Part shown: positions 62,733-64,000 of the stretch, in pieces
Layout of the letters: each line of letters starts with the position of its first letter
Numbering within the stretch: the first letter of the stretch is position 1
Assembly: GCA_014240285.1 (NCBI GenBank)
Contig: JAAZXI010000004.1
Location: 1,476 to 65,475 of the forward strand
DNA length: 64,000 nucleotides
Source: Methanobacteriota archaeon
GTDB lineage: Archaea; Thermoplasmatota; Poseidoniia; Poseidoniales; Thalassarchaeaceae
Reading direction: 5' to 3'
Position numbers and translations under genes: made by a program
The notes under the pieces: generated by a model
What the model was told of the DNA's origin: nothing
The model's database searches: none
What the model saw: the letters and a program-made list of their open reading frames with translations, nothing else

Positions 62733-63320
62733 ATGAGCGATGAATACAGAATACAGGAGTTAATGGAGAGGGACGTCTACGTAGGCGAGACCAGAGTCGG
62801 TGTGATTACCGGTGAGCGATTCCATCCACGCGACGAACTCGTACGGTCTATGCGAATCAAGGTCGAGGGCGACGTAGCTGAGGAATACATGAGAAAGCCG
62901 GCGGAGTTCGCCCCGCTTTCAAAGGAGCTGGTGCACAGCATAAGGACAGATGGTGGTGTGAAGCTATCAAAGTCAATGCGTGAGTTACAACGTAGGTGGA
63001 GGAACACAGTCAGAATCGACGAGAAACTGTACGCGCCCGATGAACTGCTCGACAGAGCCGTTCTCGACAACGACGGAATGGATCTGGGAAATGTGATAAA
63101 TCTGGTGAAGATCAAGCGGACCTACAAGGGACTAGTCATCCAGCCGCACTATATCGTGCGTGCCAGGCACGGTCTGCCCGAAACCATCGTGGTGCCGGTC
63201 GGTCAACTGGCGCGGACCACAGCGAGACTGGATGAGATCATACTGCGATGCACGATGAAGAGGCTGGTCACACTGCCCAGCTACCTCAAACTGAACGGCG
63301 AGGATTTAGAAGAGGAATGA
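62733..63320 (+). CDS. PRC-barrel domain protein
   Basis: LLDRAVLDNDGMDLGNVINLVKIKRTYKGLVIQ fits the PRC-barrel pattern, with a second weaker copy at the N-terminus (LMERDVYVGETRVGVITGERF). ATG at 62733. Confidence 0.6.
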   Translation: MSDEYRIQELMERDVYVGETRVGVITGERFHPRDELVRSMRIKVEGDVAEEYMRKPAEFAPLSKELVHSIRTDGGVKLSKSMRELQRRWRNTVRIDEKLYAPDELLDRAVLDNDGMDLGNVINLVKIKRTYKGLVIQPHYIVRARHGLPETIVVPVGQLARTTARLDEIILRCTMKRLVTLPSYLKLNGEDLEEE

Positions 63321-63373
63321 ATTCGTCTCAGGAACATCTTGAAATCGGATTCGGTACTCGCACACCTGCTCAA

Positions 63374-63448
63374 GGGCGTGTAGCTTAGTTTGGCTGGAGC
63401 ACCCGGCTGATAACCGGGAGGTCGCAGGTTCAAATCCTGTCATGCCCA
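63374..63448 (+). tRNA. tRNA-Ile (anticodon GAU)
   Basis: A 75-nt cloverleaf folded by hand. Acceptor stem is GGGCGTG/CATGCCC. The anticodon stem CCCGG/CCGGG carries the loop CTGATAA. The T-arm is GCAGG-TTCAAAT-CCTGT. The discriminator is A, and a genomically encoded CCA follows (63449-63451). Confidence 0.9.
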
Positions 63449-63507
63449 CCAATGAATCGAATCGGTCGGCAGAGTCATGAAGGGTCGTCAGACCGGCTTC
63501 TTGTCAC

Positions 63508-64000
63508 ATGCCGGTAGTGAGTGGCTCATCCGGCCGCGATGTGGCAATCTCTCTAGCCCCCCTGATGGGGATGCAGTACATCGAACTTGAGAGCCGCAGG
63601 TTCCCCGATGGCGAGGGCTATGTGCGGGTTCCCTCCGATGCTATCGATGCTGTACGCTCCGAACCTGTAGTACTGGTGTCAAACACCTACCCTGACTCAG
63701 GGATAGTGAATACCGTCCTGCTGTTGGAGGCGATAGCCGAGGTTCGCAGAGGTAATCTATCCAATCTCAAGGGCGAAGAGCCGCAGAACATGGAGGATGT
63801 CGGCAGCGGGGTCTACCTAGCTATCCCCTACTATGGATACTCCCGGCAGGATAAGCGCTTCTCGAAGGGCGAGGCCGTCTCCGCGCGCGTCATCGCCGAT
63901 ATTCTCGCACGTGGCTGCGACGGTATTGCCATCCTCGATCTGCATGAGCCCGCCGTGCTCAAGGACATGGAAGTTCCAATCGAATTCGTCAGCTCGATGC
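63508..64000 (+). CDS. prs: Ribose-phosphate pyrophosphokinase (5' part, runs off the window)
   Basis: Translated by hand: MPVVSGSSGRDVAISLA...ESRRFPDGEGYVRV...YLAIPYYGYSRQDKRFSKGEAVSARV...ILDLHEP. This is collinear with archaeal Prs. It is absent from the ORF track because it is open-ended. Confidence 0.85.
   Translation, partial: MPVVSGSSGRDVAISLAPLMGMQYIELESRRFPDGEGYVRVPSDAIDAVRSEPVVLVSNTYPDSGIVNTVLLLEAIAEVRRGNLSNLKGEEPQNMEDVGSGVYLAIPYYGYSRQDKRFSKGEAVSARVIADILARGCDGIAILDLHEPAVLKDMEVPIEFVSSM

Noticed and set aside
1-64000. CRISPR arrays, IS elements, integrases, prophage or toxin-antitoxin pairs
   Set aside because: Scanning the ORF list and the spacers by eye revealed no short regularly spaced repeats. 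I also saw no transposase or integrase motifs and no small paired ORFs of TA type.

Overview
The window is densely coding, with about 55 genes and many 1-4 nt overlaps. G+C is mostly about 55-62 % on hand-sampled lines. I saw no rRNA, CRISPR array, transposase, integrase or prophage. All family calls come from motifs I recognise by eye; no database search was run.

The gene content points to an archaeon. It includes archaeal-type ribosomal protein uS2, deoxyhypusine synthase, the wyosine enzymes Taw1 and Trm5/Taw2, geranylgeranyl reductase, a long-type FKBP, and a reversed-order HADH/ECH beta-oxidation fusion. Bacterial-looking genes are mixed in: uvrB, uvrC, oligoribonuclease, an Hc1-like histone and ccmF. 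This mixture, together with giant anchored surface proteins, an M28 peptidase and a lower-GC glycosyltransferase island, fits a marine planktonic euryarchaeon of the Poseidoniales/MGII type. That placement is inference only.

Housekeeping genes recognised: guaB, msrA, uvrC, uvrB, dus, rps2, dhs, prs (partial), tRNA-Ile(GAU), and a UbiD/UbiA pair.

The most unusual loci, none matching a characterised system I know:
1. A translationally coupled three-gene envelope operon at 37449-41811. Two anchored exoproteins share an N-terminal Cys-x(1,3)-Cys-His module with the first Cys at residue 37 in both. One also carries five ~95-aa tandem repeats. A polytopic membrane protein follows.
2. An atypical MacB/FtsX-type ABC module at 27775-33048. 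Its 1170-aa permease is a DUF805-FtsX-FtsX fusion, flanked by two different ATPases, one with a zinc-ribbon tail.
3. A RimB-like retropepsin, a membrane protein and two YbjQ paralogues at 23130-25188.
4. Three consecutive winged-helix regulators at 44263-46581.
5. An Hc1-like bacterial histone gene at 60067-60249.
6. Two sharply AT-rich spacers, one carrying a cluster of TCCG...CGGA palindromes.
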